Positions 23,406-37,926 of a stretch of DNA of 64,000 nt are shown piece after piece. A model generated the notes under the pieces. It saw only the letters and a program-made list of their open reading frames with translations. It searched no databases and was not told the DNA's origin. Source of the DNA: Batkoa obscura (lineage: Eukaryota). The position numbers and the translations under genes were made by a program. The stretch lies in the NCBI GenBank assembly GCA_030770535.1, contig JASVEC010000021.1, positions 806,001-870,000 of the forward strand. Direction: 5' to 3'. Numbering within the stretch: position 1 is the first letter of the stretch; each line of letters starts with the position of its first letter.

Positions 23406-25488
23406 ATGACTGAAGTAATTAAAAGTGGGTACGTTAATGTTAAGGAAGAAGGGTTGAGGTCCTGGATTTGGTCTAAGCGGTATATTTGTTTAAGAGAGTT
23501 GACCCTTTCTTTTCATAGAAATGAAGTAAAATTTTCACTACTTAAAATAACATATTGAGCTAATCTGCTTACAGCAAACCAGCCTTGCATATGCTATAGT
23601 ATTTTTAAAAGAAGTCACCGCTGTTAATAGAACTGACTTGAAACCATACTGTTTTGAAATTATTACAAAAGATAAAAGTTATTACATGATGTGTAAAAAT
23701 GATGATGAATTATATTCTTGGATTGATGCTATTTACTCGGTATTTTATTTTACTATTTTATGTAAGCATAATATTAAAATAACATTAGAAATCACCTGAG
23801 ATGGGAGTATCCAAGCCCACAGACTTTGTACATCAAATTCATGTTGATTTTGATCCAACCAGTGGAATGTTTTCGGTAAATTAAGTTTATACAATATAAG
23901 TTAAAAAATTCAAGCTTTTTAGGGACTTCCAAGTGAGTGGGCGAAACTTTTATCAAACTCAGCAATTACAAAAGAGGATTATAGCAAAAATCCACAAGCC
24001 GTTTTAGATGTTCTTGAGTTTTACACTGAACAAAACAAAAACAATATTTATGATACTAAGTGGGCCGGTCTTATTCCAGATTCTCAAAAGTCTGATTTTG
24101 TTCCCCAAAGGCCCGCCCCAGAAATTCCAAGCCACGTTAAAGAAGAAGGGGAGGTCACAAAACGCATGTCCAGTCTTTTTATTGATGTAATTTAATTTCA
24201 CCTAATTTATGTTTTATTAATCTTTTATATAGAGGCCTAAAGTTAACGTAAACAATAATGTAAATCGGTTTTTTTATTTAAATAGCTCATTTTCTAACTT
24301 CAAATAGCATAATGCTCCAACTGCAGCTGATCCACATGCTCTGGCATTAGCCAACTTAAATGGCTCTGGTTCAAAGCCTAAACCACCTAAAGCTCCTGAA
24401 CAACGTTTATCTACTTTAAGCGAGCCTCAGCTTATGGAAAAATTGAAAACAATTGTTTCCAAGAAGGACCCCAATACTATTTATACCAAGATCAAGAAAG
24501 TGGGACAAGGGTAAAACATAAACATTATTAGATTAAAATTTTAACGAATTTTAGTGCTTCTGGATCTGTGTATGTAGCACGCAACAATATTTCCAACTTA
24601 AAAGTAGCCATTAAGGAGATGGACTTATCTAATCAACCTAGGAAAGAATTGATTGTTAATGAAATATTGGTCATGAAAGAGAGTCAACATCCAAACATTG
24701 TGAATTATTTGGATTCCTTTTTAGTTGGAAGGAATGATCTTTGGGTGGTGATGGACTTCATGGAAGGTGGTGCTTTGACTGATGTCATAGAAGCTAATGC
24801 AATGACTGAGAAGCAAATAGCTACAATTTGCCTTGAAGTAATTTTTGTAATTTTTATAATAGATTTTTATTAATCATTCATAGACTTGTAAAGGTCTTGA
24901 ACATCTACATAGTCGTAATATCATCCATCGTGATATCAAATCAGATAACGTTTTACTTGATATCCATGGAAATGTTAAAATTAGTAAGGTTTTATTGTAA
25001 TAAAAGGATATGATATACTAACAAGTTTATAGCTGATTTTGGTTTTTGTGCAAGATTGTCGGAATCTCATTCCAAGCGTGCTACAATGGTAGGAACCCCA
25101 TATTGGATGGCACCGGAAGTTGTTAAGCAAAAAGAATACGGTCCAAAAGTTGATATCTGGTCGTTAGGTATTATGGCCATAGAAATGATTGAGAATGAGC
25201 CACCTTATTTAGATGAAGAACCACTTAAAGCATTATACCTTATTGCTACTAATGGTACACCAACCCTCAAACATCCAGAGCTTCTAAGTGATGAGTTGAA
25301 ATCCTTTTTAGCCGTTTGTTTGTGTGTTGATGTCAATTCACGTGCTACTGCGCCTATGTTATTAACTGTAAGTTAAACTTGTTTAATAAGTAGTTATTTT
25401 TAATACCTTTTTTTAGCATGACTTCCTTAAAAAAAGTATTCCAGTATCTCAGCTTGCACCTTTGCTTAAATTCCGTCAGTCTGAGTAA
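23406..25488 (+). CDS. CLA4: p21-activated kinase, Cla4/Skm1 type (PH-CRIB-kinase), multi-exon
   Basis: PH domain (WIWSKRY), CRIB ([13 protein letters not shown]), kinase motifs [25 protein letters not shown]. Confidence 0.92.
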
Positions 25489-26155
25489 GTTGTGCCATGC
25501 TAACATTTTAAAATATAACCATTTTTATTATAATGATTATTTGAAATTTGATTTGAAATATTTAATAAGTCAAGTTTCTTCATTTTCTATTCTTTCTCGC
25601 CTCCCAAGACCTATTTCAACCTTAAAGCCTAATTTTTATAAATATATATTTAGCTTTTTTCTATGTCTTTACGGTCTTAATACAATTTTCGCTTTTTTGT
25701 TTTGAATTTTGTTTGCTTTTGTGGTTTTTTATTACGTTGTAGTCAAAAATTTATTTTGTATAATGAAAATGCCATATAATCGTATATCTAATATTAGGAC
25801 ATTGAGTAAATAAAATTTATTCTAGTTAATATGAAAGTAGTTTTATTCTAAACAACAGTGAACCTTAAAAATAACATCGTAACTAGACTTTACTTTATTA
25901 TTATTTAAATAAACTTCCACTATTTATCAAATAAAAAGCGGCACTATTGTATAGTAGATAATTGTATTAAAAGTGTATAAAACTATTTAAAAAACAATTT
26001 CTATTTTAGATTAAATAATGCCTTTTATTTTATAGTCATGTATTCCTAATCCAAATTTTAACCAATGAGGTTAAATCTCACCTCATTATAAAATTTTAAC
26101 TTTTCAACAAAGTTCAAGCAATTTCAAATATTATTATCTCATCCTCAACTAAGAG

Positions 26156-27656
26156 ATGAATTCCAAAAGTCAATCTAAATATTACTAGATACAACAAGTA
26201 TTGAAGAAACGAGCAACAAAAATGATAAACTATTTCAAAACTCTATTGAAAGCCTTGACCTGATCTTAGAAAAGTTGACTCGTGATAGAAATGCCATCAG
26301 CCAAGGAGGTAGGAGAGAAAATAAAATATAAAATCCAAAGCTAAAAAATTATATAGAAGTAGTCAATTTCAATGAAAGTGATATTAAGCTTCTTTCTAGT
26401 GCTGCTGATGCCGTGATGCATAGTGGTAAAGATGCAAATACGAATGTGAATAAGCTGTATAAAGAATATAATAGTGTAATTAGTTTAATATATTTATGGT
26501 AAAAGGGATTAACCATTCAAATAGAAATTCATGTTAGATTTTAACCAAATTATTACGGAGGAAGGATATGAAGGAAAGGAGAACCTAGTACTGGAACTGA
26601 TATCAGAATATTTTATACGTCAAGGGTATTTTGAAGCTGCTAGAATATTTTCTCACGTACTTTTTTATCAAAATGATGTTATTTTATATTTAGATATAAT
26701 GTTTTTTAGGAAGCTAAAATTATGTATCCCTCTGCTTTAAAGAGTAAGTTCAATGGGTTACATACCGTGCTTGATCAGATACGTCAGAGGAATTTGAATC
26801 CAGCAATAGAGTATATATTTTTGCCCTGCTTTTAGTTTAAGAATTAATGACGTTATACATAGATGGGCTAAAAATAATAGGGAGTTTTTGGATCGAAAAG
26901 GCAGCAATTTAGAATTTTGCTTACATCGAGTAAATTTTACCATGTTATATCAAGCGGGTAACTTTATGGAAGCTATGATGTATGGACAAGAAAACTTTGC
27001 TACATTCACCAACACCCATTTTAATGGTACAAATTTAGAATGTTTAAAAACGAGAATTTTATTTAATTATTTTTTATAGAGATACAAAAACTTATGGGTA
27101 TGTTATCTTTTTCCCCACAGCTTAAAGAGTCTCCCTATTATGAGTTTGCTAATACCAACCAATGGCCAGATATTGAGTATATGTTCACTAGAGATTTTTG
27201 TTCAGTGTTAGGGATTTCTCATGAGTCTCCATTGTACATAACGTAAGTTAATTTATTTATAAAATAGTAGTCTAACATTTGTAGTATTACGGTTGGAACA
27301 ATTGCTTACCCAAAAATGATTAAAATGTTGAAATATACAAAGAAAACAACGGGTTGGTCCGAGATCGATGAGCTACAGGTAACCTGACTTTTTGATTTGT
27401 AAGTTTAAAAGTCTAAAAGCTTAAATTTTATAAGGCAGTTGCTGAACTATTAGAAAGCTGGAGATTTCATTCCATTTTTATATGTCCAGTTGATAAAGTA
27501 CAAGCCTCAGACGATAATCCACCAATGATGATGACATGTGGTCATGTCATCTCTCAAGGAGCATTGCATAAAATCGCAAAGTTAAAAACTACCTTTAAAT
27601 GCCCTTATTGTCCTAATGATTCTTCTATTACAGAGGTTAAAAGAATATACTTTTAA
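26156..27656 (+). CDS. RMND5: GID/CTLH E3 ligase RING subunit, multi-exon; 5' end uncertain
   Basis: LisH/CTLH/CRA segments and C-terminal FHSIFICPV...NPPMMMTCGHVI...FKCPYCP. Confidence 0.88.
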
Positions 27657-27906
27657 GGTAATTTAAATAAGTATAAAAGCCATTAAGCTTGTATTATGAC
27701 TTATTAGGGGCTGTATCAATGTTTCATTTTATATTATTATAAACGTTTATTTAAGTTTAATTGGGTATTATTTTGAAAGTTTATTTCTTTTTTGCTAATT
27801 TATTTAAAAACTAAGAACAATGAAATTAGTTCAAAAACTAAAATAATCCACATTTAAAATTAAATATATTAGAGCTATTTTTATTATGAACTTCAAATCG
27901 AATATT

Positions 27907-29436
27907 TTAAAGGAGACCAGAACGTTTAACTAATAGATAAAACCCGAAAGCAAGGGCGAACATGAAAACCAATATCCCAAAGAACCAATAGTATGATTCG
28001 TCATCCTGACCAGGCACATGTACATTCATACCCCACAAACCAGTGACTACATTCATAGGCAAAAGAATAGATGCAATAGCTGTAAGTTTAGCCACAACAT
28101 CATTGGTACGATTGGACACTTGAGTAAGTTCAATTGAAATCTGTGCCAAATAATTGGAATGCGCTCTAGCCAATACTTTTTCATAATGTAATGAATTTTG
28201 AACCATAGTGACTAAATGATCTTGAATATCCCCCAAGTATAATTTAATATCTGAACCATTAGTGTGTCGGATACGCTCATCACATCGCATAATTAAGGCT
28301 TTAATGACATCAGGTTTGGTTGTTAATAACCTTAATAGCATAGTCACTCGTTTACGCGCATGCCCAATTCGCCTTAACATATCTGATTGTTCATTCTCTT
28401 GTAAAATCAAAACTAATTCATCAATCGTATCTACTTCTAACTCAATATGTCTCATCATGGGAGCGAAAGAATCGGTAATATCATCGATAATTGCATAGTT
28501 GATCCAATCGGAAGTAACATTAATAAAATCTTTAAGTTGAGAAATACGTTTTAAAACAGAGTTGACATGATACATCGGTTTTGAATGGAAAGTAATAATC
28601 CCTTCTTTGAAAACTACATTATAAACATTTAACGGATCAAGGTAGTTAGGGGAATCTGAGTTTTGCTCATAAGCTCTAAAACAAACAAAATAATATTGCT
28701 TAAATAATTCGCACTTTTCACGAATTTCTTCAGTTAAAATATCTTCTACTGTCAATGGATGGATACGAAAGATACGTGAGATAACCTTCATTTCTGCTTC
28801 AGTGGGTGAGGTAACATCCAACCAAAAATCGCCTTGTTTAATAGCATCAACCATCGAGACGCCTAAACCTCCAAATTCCCAAAAATTAGCTACTGAAATA
28901 ATGCCAGTCATTTTAGAATAAAAAATAAACCTCTTTTCATCATCTACTTCCTGCTTAATTGAAGGATCATAATTTTTTGCTCCTGACTCAAAAGTATCAA
29001 ATAAAAAAGGGGAGTAAGAAGTATCACCGGATAATATTTTCTCTAGACTGGTTAAATCGATTCCCCTCTCATCTTGATCCAATGGGAAACAAACATCTGC
29101 TTCTGGGTCCTCATCAAATTCTACTGATTCTGAAATGACTACTTCTGGTACCGTTAACCTATCTACAGCCTGAGATGCAGCTTCTCTATCCACTGAACTT
29201 TTGCGTCTTATCATGTTGTAGATTGAATTCTTTCTCCCTCTCCCTTCTTCTTTAACTTCGTTTCCTTTTTCGTTCTTACTGTTACCAGAATCCGTAGAGC
29301 CTTTACGTTTCATAAATTGAAATCTGGAAGGCTTTGGTTCGTGTTCGTGTTCGTTATTGTTATCACTCATTGAGCTGCTGTCTTGTTCAATAGGGGAGTC
29401 AATTTTATAATAATTGCTGAAAGTTTCTTTTGGCAT
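27907..29436 (-). CDS. CorA-family Mg2+ transporter (Alr1-like)
   Basis: FWLDV, IHPLTVEDI, YLGDIQDH and GLWGMN signature; two C-terminal TM helices. Confidence 0.95.
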   Translation of the reverse strand: MPKETFSNYYKIDSPIEQDSSSMSDNNNEHEHEPKPSRFQFMKRKGSTDSGNSKNEKGNEVKEEGRGRKNSIYNMIRRKSSVDREAASQAVDRLTVPEVVISESVEFDEDPEADVCFPLDQDERGIDLTSLEKILSGDTSYSPFLFDTFESGAKNYDPSIKQEVDDEKRFIFYSKMTGIISVANFWEFGGLGVSMVDAIKQGDFWLDVTSPTEAEMKVISRIFRIHPLTVEDILTEEIREKCELFKQYYFVCFRAYEQNSDSPNYLDPLNVYNVVFKEGIITFHSKPMYHVNSVLKRISQLKDFINVTSDWINYAIIDDITDSFAPMMRHIELEVDTIDELVLILQENEQSDMLRRIGHARKRVTMLLRLLTTKPDVIKALIMRCDERIRHTNGSDIKLYLGDIQDHLVTMVQNSLHYEKVLARAHSNYLAQISIELTQVSNRTNDVVAKLTAIASILLPMNVVTGLWGMNVHVPGQDDESYYWFFGILVFMFALAFGFYLLVKRSGLL

Positions 29437-30807
29437 AGTTTAAATTGACTAATAGGGCATTGGGTTTTATGACTATCTTGAGTTAAAGTTGATAGCCAAT
29501 AATAGAGTCTAAGTGGGGTAAATAGGAGTAAGAGAGAATGATTTCAATTTGATCTTTTTATAAGCATAGTCGTAAAAATTGTGCTTGAATCTAGAAGTTT
29601 TAATTTAGATAGACTTTGTCTTTATTTAGTAAAATGAGATCATAGTTAATCCATCCCATTACCCCAATTAGTGATTGTTTGGCTAATTTAACCATTCACT
29701 AATTTAATTATAATAAATTTAAAGTTATCAGATAAAATTTAATTTAAAAGATCCCAAAGATATGGAAGTCAGGTATAAATTATTTGATAATAGTTTTGAT
29801 TCATCAAATCAAACATCCGTTCCTGACCCTTGTTACACAACAACGAATTTTTTAATTGCTCTGATTTAGTATAATAAAATATATTTCATTATATTTAAAT
29901 TATCAAGTCGAATTATAAATCTTAAATAAAATAGAACTCTTAGTCTATTTCACTTATGTCCTATATTTGTTTTAATGAAGGAGATTTCAGTACAGTTTAT
30001 ACACTCAATATTTTATTATTTAACAATAAAAACAATATTGCGCTTATTAGCTAATTATATTCATTATTTAATGTATCCTTTAGGCTAAAATGTTAAATTA
30101 GAAAATGACTATTTTTTTTAAAGCAGAGTTGAGGTTGCTTAAGGTATATTAAGAACAAGCTTTAAAAGGAACTTTACAAGATTTCTTTAAATCTCTTGTA
30201 ATATTTTGGAAAAACAATTACAATTATAAACTAATTTTTAATAAGGTTTAAAAGTGTGGCTTTCTTTCAAAGATAAATATAATCCTTTATGATACCTATA
30301 AATAGCTACTTTATTTAATTTGATCAAGATCTTTTTAATTAAATCAATACCAAATATATAAATCATTACTATTTTATAAATTGTATTATTATATCTACAA
30401 AGAATACATGTATGAAGTGTTTATATTATTATTGATGGTTTTACGAATATATATATAATACTACTTTTATTTCAAATAAAGAAAATAATACAGTATAACT
30501 AATAGTGACATTTTAAATTCATAAAAATAATTTGATTTTTAAAACTTGAATAAAAAGCTTAAAATGTAAAGATAAGTTATCACAAAAAAAATGATAATTT
30601 TGAAGCTACGAAACATACTTTTATATTTTATTATAGGTTATTTCATATCATTTAATCTGATAATGACATTACATTAAATTTATATCAAAAACATCAACTA
30701 AAAAATTAATCCTATTATGAAATATTTAATGCATTTATCATCTCATATTTTAATTCTCAGAATAAAACCAAATGTAACATACTTATATTAGTATAAAGAC
30801 CAAAAGC

Positions 30808-32653
30808 TTACTGCGTGAGCTCAATGCTAAACTGGTCAATAACTCCTTTAAATGGGGAACTCAATAGCAGTGGATCAATTTCATTCAAATTAACATTAGC
30901 ATGTGCAAAGATTTGAACGGTACCCATAAACTCCCCATACCCATTTTGCCATATGTGTAAGTTGTCATAACGGTCAATAAAGGGTAATGAAGTAACCTAA
31001 AAAATTTAATAAGGAACTAATAAAGAACATTACTAAATTACATCATTCAAAGCCTTTTTTACTGGCGACTGTAAAAAGGAAGGTAAGGTATGCATTAGAA
31101 TCATTGAGATTCTTATTGAAAGGGGAGTGGTAAGATATAAAAGCACTATGGCCTGCATAAGTGAGATCATTGAATCAAAAAATTCTGGATGAAATCTATG
31201 AATTGAATTAATGAGTGCTATACAATAAAGAAATTGCTTTACCCAAAAGTGTTATTGGTTAAAAGACAAAGACTACACATTGAAAAAAATAACGACGAAA
31301 CTATAAAGGAGTTGATGGACTTCAAATGCTTAATCGAGGTTGATTTGTTTTTTTGGAATCGAACTATAAATATTGATAAAATATTGGTTTATAAGTGTAT
31401 TAAATTTACGTTGAGCAAAAAAACCATGTGTTCTATAAGGAAACATTGTAGCAAGATATACGAAAATATTAATAATAATAGGGATACAAAGGTAATAGCT
31501 ATGAAGTAAATAAAAAAAATAAACTTATGAATAAACAAGAAAATTACCCATAACCGAGGAACAAAGTGCTTGGGTTAATAGAATGGTCAAACTCTCCCAA
31601 AAGTAAGGTCTCAAGTCCTTCCTTGATCATATTTATGGATGCAAATAGTCCGTAAATTACAGTAACAAAATTAACCACAATTTCAAATCGCTTTAAACTA
31701 GTCATATATAAGAGAAAGCGAAAATAGAAAAAATAATGACTTACCCATAAGGATATACGTTCGAGCTATCACTAATGCTAGGCTCGACCGTTAGCTTTGC
31801 TAAAAGTGAGTTTGCAAGTCCTAAGCTATCAAAGATAGTCACATAGCCAATACCAGCAAGAGCTTTGAAAAATATAGCTGTTGTAACTTTAAATAAAAAA
31901 CAATTTACCTAAACTTTCCACAAAAATTGACGAAGTAAGAATAAAGAAACCCAATAATGTTTGGAGTATAGTAAACTGAAGTAATCTTTTGCAGTGGTTA
32001 GATTGGTGGGAGCCAATTCGCATTATAAGTTGGTAAAAACTTAATTTATCTCGAAACGCTTCATTAAAACTTGGTAAATTTAATATCTGTCCATCAAAGG
32101 AATCTAAAATATGCCCATTCTCTGAATGATCATGGCCATGATCGTGACTGTGGTCATGTTTATGACCATGTCCGTGACTATGGTCATGATTGTGATTATG
32201 TTCGTGACTATGGTCATGATTATGATTGTGATCGTGATTATGACTATGGTTGTGACTATGATCATGGGTATGGTTATGAACATTATGGCTATGGCTGTGG
32301 TTGTGACTATGATCGTTGTCACCATTGTGCTCATTATGAGTGTTTAATGAAGCTCCAAGGGAGTGATTATGTGAAATACCATTATGTTTATGATTATTTA
32401 AATGGCCTTCGCTATTTAATTTTGCCATATTTTCATGATTTTTTGTTTCCAGCCCATTTTTACTATTTGATTCTAATTAATAGGAATTAAAGTATTCGTT
32501 TATATTAAGTTACTTATTTCTAAATGAAGAGTTTGAACGAGATGAGGCATTAGATAAACTCTTTGTATTCTTTGGATAATACATCATTGAATCATCGTCA
32601 TAATTCGATTTATTTTTTGTCTTTGTTGAACTGTTGAAACTTTCTTGAGTCAT
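30808..32653 (-). CDS. Cation diffusion facilitator zinc transporter (Zrg17/ZnT6-like) with an N-terminal His-rich tract, multi-exon
   Basis: Spliced TM segments GYVTIFDSLG and YPYG..RFEIV...MIKEGLE; C-terminal LHIWQN and ELTQ*; (HX)n tract at about 32115-32410. Confidence 0.8.
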
Positions 32654-32989
32654 AGTATTATAGCTTCTCACTTCGAAATAAAAAGTTGAATTGACCAAAT
32701 TTGGAATACTAGGGAAAATATTAGTGCTTCTACTGCCAATTAATCGACTTAATTATTCACCACTAGCTTTATTTTGATTGGCGGTTTATTTTCTGTTTTT
32801 AGCCACAATGATTAAGCTTTTGATCTTAAAGTATAAGCTTAATTGGACCAAGAAATTGAGGTGATGATTGGCTTAGATTTTTTTATGAAGTTACAGTTGA
32901 AATTTAAAAAAATAAAGAGCATTTTAGTTAGACTGCATATAATAATCAACCCTAGTTAATTTAAAAAACAAATATATAATAGAATAACT

Positions 32990-34262
32990 ATGGCTGGGCC
33001 CGATCAATGGATTGAAACTTTAAGAAAATGTCAATATTTGTCAGAAAACGAGATGAAAAAACTATGTGAGATGGTAAATTATAAAAACAAGAAACTTTTT
33101 AAGAATAGGCGCTAAGCTAGGAGTAATTTATAGGTAAAAGAACTGTTAATGGAAGAAAGTAATGTTCAGCCTGTATCCTCACCTGTGACTGTTTGTGGTG
33201 ATATTCATGGTCAGTTTTATGACCTTTTGAAGCTTTTTAAAGTTGGTGGTGAAGTCCCAGATACTAATTATATCTTTATGGTAAACTTTTTGATTTAATT
33301 TGGAATTTAATTGAATTTTTAAAATAGGGAGATTTTGTTGATAGAGGGTACTACAGTTTAGAGACTTTTAGTTTATTGATGGCTTTAAAAGCACGGTAAG
33401 CTTACTATTTTTTGTTGGTTCTTTGATATTCATACTTTGTATAGTTATCCTTCAAAAATTACACTTTTGAGAGGAAATCATGAAAGTAGACAAATAACTC
33501 AGGTTTATGGATTCTATGGTAAATAAATTTTTAAGAAGAAGAATAAATACCTAATTGTTCTTAGAGGAATGTCATAATAAGTATGGAAATGCAAATGTAT
33601 GGAAAGCTTGTTGTCAAGTTTTTGATTATTTGGGTTTAGCAGCGGTATATTACTATTTTAAACAAAAATGAGTAAACTAAATAAAATACTAGATTGTTGA
33701 TGGAAGAATTTTATGCGTCCATGGCGGGTTATCACCACATATTCGAACTTTAGATCAAATTCGAACTATTCAACGTTGCCAAGAAATTCCTCATGATGGC
33801 GCTTTTTGTGGTAATAATAATTATTAAAGAATAACGAACTATATTAATATTTTAAAAGACTTAATGTGGTCAGATCCAGACCATGTTTCTAGTTGGGCAG
33901 TATCACCAAGAGGTGCGGGATGGCTATTTGGAGGTCAAGTTACAAATGAAGTAAATGAATAGTAAAATTTAAAAAATAAAATACTTACGATTTAAAAGTT
34001 CAATCATGTTAATGGACTTGAACTTATAGCACGAGCCCATCAACTTGTTCAAGAAGGATATAAATTTATGTTTGATGATAAAAATTTAGTCACTGTATGG
34101 TCAGCACCAAACTACTGTTATCGATGTGGGAATGTAGCATCTATTATGAAAATAAGTGAAAACGAAAAAGTGGATGATTCTTCTTTTATGATTTTCCAAG
34201 CTGTGCCCGATAATGAACGTACGGTGCCTAATCGCTCTGCTTCTAATAATTATTTCTTGTAA
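32990..34262 (+). CDS. SIT4: Ser/Thr phosphatase PP6/Sit4 catalytic subunit, multi-exon
   Basis: [33 protein letters not shown] and a C-terminal YFL. Confidence 0.92.
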
Positions 34263-35474
34263 AGATTAGAAGAATTATTTTTGATTTATGATTGTATTGA
34301 ATGTACTGAGATAAGTTTAGCTATTGGAAATTGTTAACGTTTATAGGATTAATATGCATAATTTTTTTAATTTTGATTTATTTTGACATGCAACTACCAT
34401 TTTAAACATTAAAATTTTTAGTTTCAATTGAATTGTTAAAGATAGATTTCAAGAATTATTTAACTATTTACAATTAATGTATATACTTTTGATAGAACGG
34501 TATACTTTGAATAGAAATATAGTATTTATTTAAACATTAATATAAAGCGTTTTAGATCTTCTATTACATAAAATACACATTACTTTTAATTGATTTTCAC
34601 TAACTTTCATATTCGTCTTGTTTGTGTTGATTTTAATTCGAAAGCAAAAAGCCTTTTCTGATTTATTATACTAATAAAATAGCACTATGGGGAACATTTC
34701 AATTACAGATTAGTGCAACTTATATGGCACTTTACTACTAAAGCGTATAAATAAGTAAATAAGTAAATTAGTAGGCCAAAAAAGTTTTATTCCAAAAAAA
34801 ATGCTTAGATTTATTACACAATCGACTTACAGAGTGGCTATAGCTCAAAGCAACATCTTTAAAGCTTGATTAAAAAAATTATTAAGAAATAAAAACTAAA
34901 AAAATCAACATAAATGTAAAAATATTATTTATTCTAAATTAATATATTATATACTGGCTATGTTATTAATATTGAAACAACAGGGATTATAAAAAATCTT
35001 GCCAAGCTTTTTAACCAAAAATTAAAATTATACAGCAGTTTATAGATCCTATATTTAAATACTTTCCAAAAATTTAAAATAAAAGGCACGATATAATAGC
35101 TTAGTATGTAATATATATATTAGATAGAAATTACTCTTTAAACTTTAGTTATTTATAAAATGATTTTTGATTTTTATGTCCCTTTTTATAATCTTTAGCA
35201 GCTATTTTTTTTCACCTTCATTACTTTTTTATAAGATCTTTAAGGTCACTACTACTTTACTTTAAATTAAAGCCGCTCTGTACTTAAAATAATAGATTAT
35301 GACTTTAGTATCATTTATTTAAAACTCCAAACATAACAATATTATACCTATTACTTAATAATGGTATTTTAAACAAAATTTTATAATTTATCAAATTTTA
35401 AAAACTTAAAATTTAAATGGCTTTATTTGAAAAATTAAGTGGCAGGATATTTAGCAGTAAGGTGATGTAGCTCT

Positions 35475-35921
35475 TTATTCAATTGCGATTGTGTGTTGCT
35501 GATGCTCCTTGTTTACATCTCTTGGTACCTTAACATATAACAAGCCATTGTTGAAACTAGCCTTGATATCATCAGTTTTAGAATCTATTGGAATATTAAA
35601 GCTACGAGTAAAGCTTCCATAACTACGTTCACTATAACTTACAGTCCCTTCTTGATAGCTCTTATCTCGTTTACTCTCTCCATAAATTACTAAACGACGG
35701 CAATCGTCTGAAACATTAACATGGATATCGTTCTTATTAAACCCCGCAAGTTCTGCTTGAACCACCGTTTCATCCTCTTTGCGGATCACTTCTACTTTAG
35801 GGCTAAAAGAATAATCTGAAGTATCACTAAAGAAGGGATCATAGTTAAGTAAGTGGTGATGTGGATAGCCAATTCTTGAATCAAAAGGTAAGGAACTTCC
35901 AAGATAGCGACTTAAGGACAT
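35475..35921 (-). CDS. Small heat-shock protein (HSP20)
   Basis: Alpha-crystallin motifs ERSYGSFTRSF and ASFNNGLL.V.VP; IAIE tail. Confidence 0.93.
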   Translation of the reverse strand: MSLSRYLGSSLPFDSRIGYPHHHLLNYDPFFSDTSDYSFSPKVEVIRKEDETVVQAELAGFNKNDIHVNVSDDCRRLVIYGESKRDKSYQEGTVSYSERSYGSFTRSFNIPIDSKTDDIKASFNNGLLYVKVPRDVNKEHQQHTIAIE

Positions 35922-37926
35922 TTTGTGTTTTTTTAATCAATTCTTAATGAATGAAGTTTAGATAAATCCAAGGTTCATATACTTTTTTTTTCGATACTTA
36001 GTCCAATGCTAAGTGCCTCAGTCTGTTTTCTAGATAAAGCTCAAGTCGTCTCTTTTACTCTATGATAGTAGCTAATGCATTGAACTAAGTTTAAAACAAT
36101 ACTTACATTATTCTCTAATGCTTACAGCGCTTTTACTTGTTTTAGAAGTTTATTAACATTAAACAACAAAAATTGTCATACTTACAACTAATCAATTGAT
36201 TTAAAGAAAATAAATAAAACAATTGGCTTAGTTGCTTGTTCTTTTTAAAAAGGAGTTCATTGTGACGTGGATTTTAGAAAGTTGAGTCTTTACTATTTAT
36301 AACTGAACTATTGTTAACGTTAAACAACAATTTAATTCGTTTAATTTAGGTATATTACTATAAAAATTATAAAGAAATAAATTTAGTATCAATGAGCAGA
36401 AGTTTAAAGCACATGCTTGCTAAGGGAATAAAAAAGAGGACTTAGTTGGAAATTTGGGTGTTCCAAGGAGTAAGAAAGTAAAGAAGTAAAAAATGATAGT
36501 TTTTTACAAAATTTCCTGAATTCATTCACACTTTACTGATTGAAATTACCAAGGAAGGCATTAATAATGGGTGAGGGAAATAGTCTCTTATAAATGATAT
36601 GTATGATAAACAAAAGGAAAATTCAGTGAAGATGAGAGTTTATTTTTATGTATATAGTTTAATTATGTTCCATTCTTAAAATAAGTTGCGCCATATTTCT
36701 TAAATTTAGAATCCAAGTCATCATAGCGCAGTTTAACAATGTTCAAATTATTTCATATTTCATTAAAATGTCCAAAAGTTAAGAAATTATAATCAGTTAT
36801 TAATCGAACTAATTTTTTTATTTTTTATTTTTATGTCATATAGTTTATACTAATATAATTAAACTAATCCAATGAAGTTTATAGTCATCAATTGCCTATT
36901 TGAATTAAAGCGTCAATAACATCTTGGTAGTGTAATAGATATCAAAATTTAATTCGTTAAAGTGAATATAAGTGACGCTTTATTTTTATTTATAAAGTAA
37001 ATTGAACTTAGAATCTAATAATTTAAATCAATGAATTAATAGAAAGTCCGCTCTAAGTATAAATAGTAATTAACTATTCGATTGTAACTTAAATTGCTGT
37101 TTCAATCAAAGGTTTTGTAGAGAAATTATAGCTATAATAAATGTGTTTAATAGGGTTTAGTGCATACGGCTTTTTAATTTTTTAAATTCTAACTAATGTT
37201 TTTATAAACATTTTAGATTCTTTTAGTCCTATACAGAGTTGAATTGATTCTGAAAAATCTCAATATAATTAAAAATAGAATGGAAGCGTATGTAATATAA
37301 CTGTGGGCCCATAATAATAGAAGCATAAGTACAGGGCGTAATTATAATGATACATACTTTTGTGGATAATAAACCAGGAGTAATCAAATATAGTAAAATA
37401 AAATATTTACTACGTATTTTTTATCAAATATAGTCAAGTAAAATTCTAATAATAAGCTTAGTGATAAAGATTAAAATAATCTTTACTAATAAACAACCAG
37501 CTAAACTTTTAACACTTGGTGGCTTTTAGCTTTTATCAAAAGATCATACTTTAAAACGATATCAACTATTAGAACTGAGATAAGTTTTTGAGGATGATTG
37601 TAGGATCCAAACATTATTGACTCAATGTCTTTATAGAAAAAAGAATCAAATGATATTGATGTTTACTAAACTCAAGCTTGGTGTAGTCAATACTCGTTTT
37701 TGCTCACTTTAATCCTTGATTATGAATTAAAGTCAAAAAGTAGTTATTTTATATGTTACAATTCCCCGAGAATAAAAAAATAGCAATTTCGCTTTAGGAA
37801 CCAATATGCATCACATTCTTCATAAACCGGTTTGATTTATAAAAAAATTAACACTTCCATTTTTGGTATTTGTAAAAAGCTATAAAAAAAGAATTACACT
37901 ACTTTTATCTCTTTTATTATCTTATA

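Noticed and set aside
32071..32490. Three repetitive ORFs (Y/D/H/C-rich and M/I/V/T-rich)
   Set aside because: Alternative frames of the stop-poor His-codon repeat.
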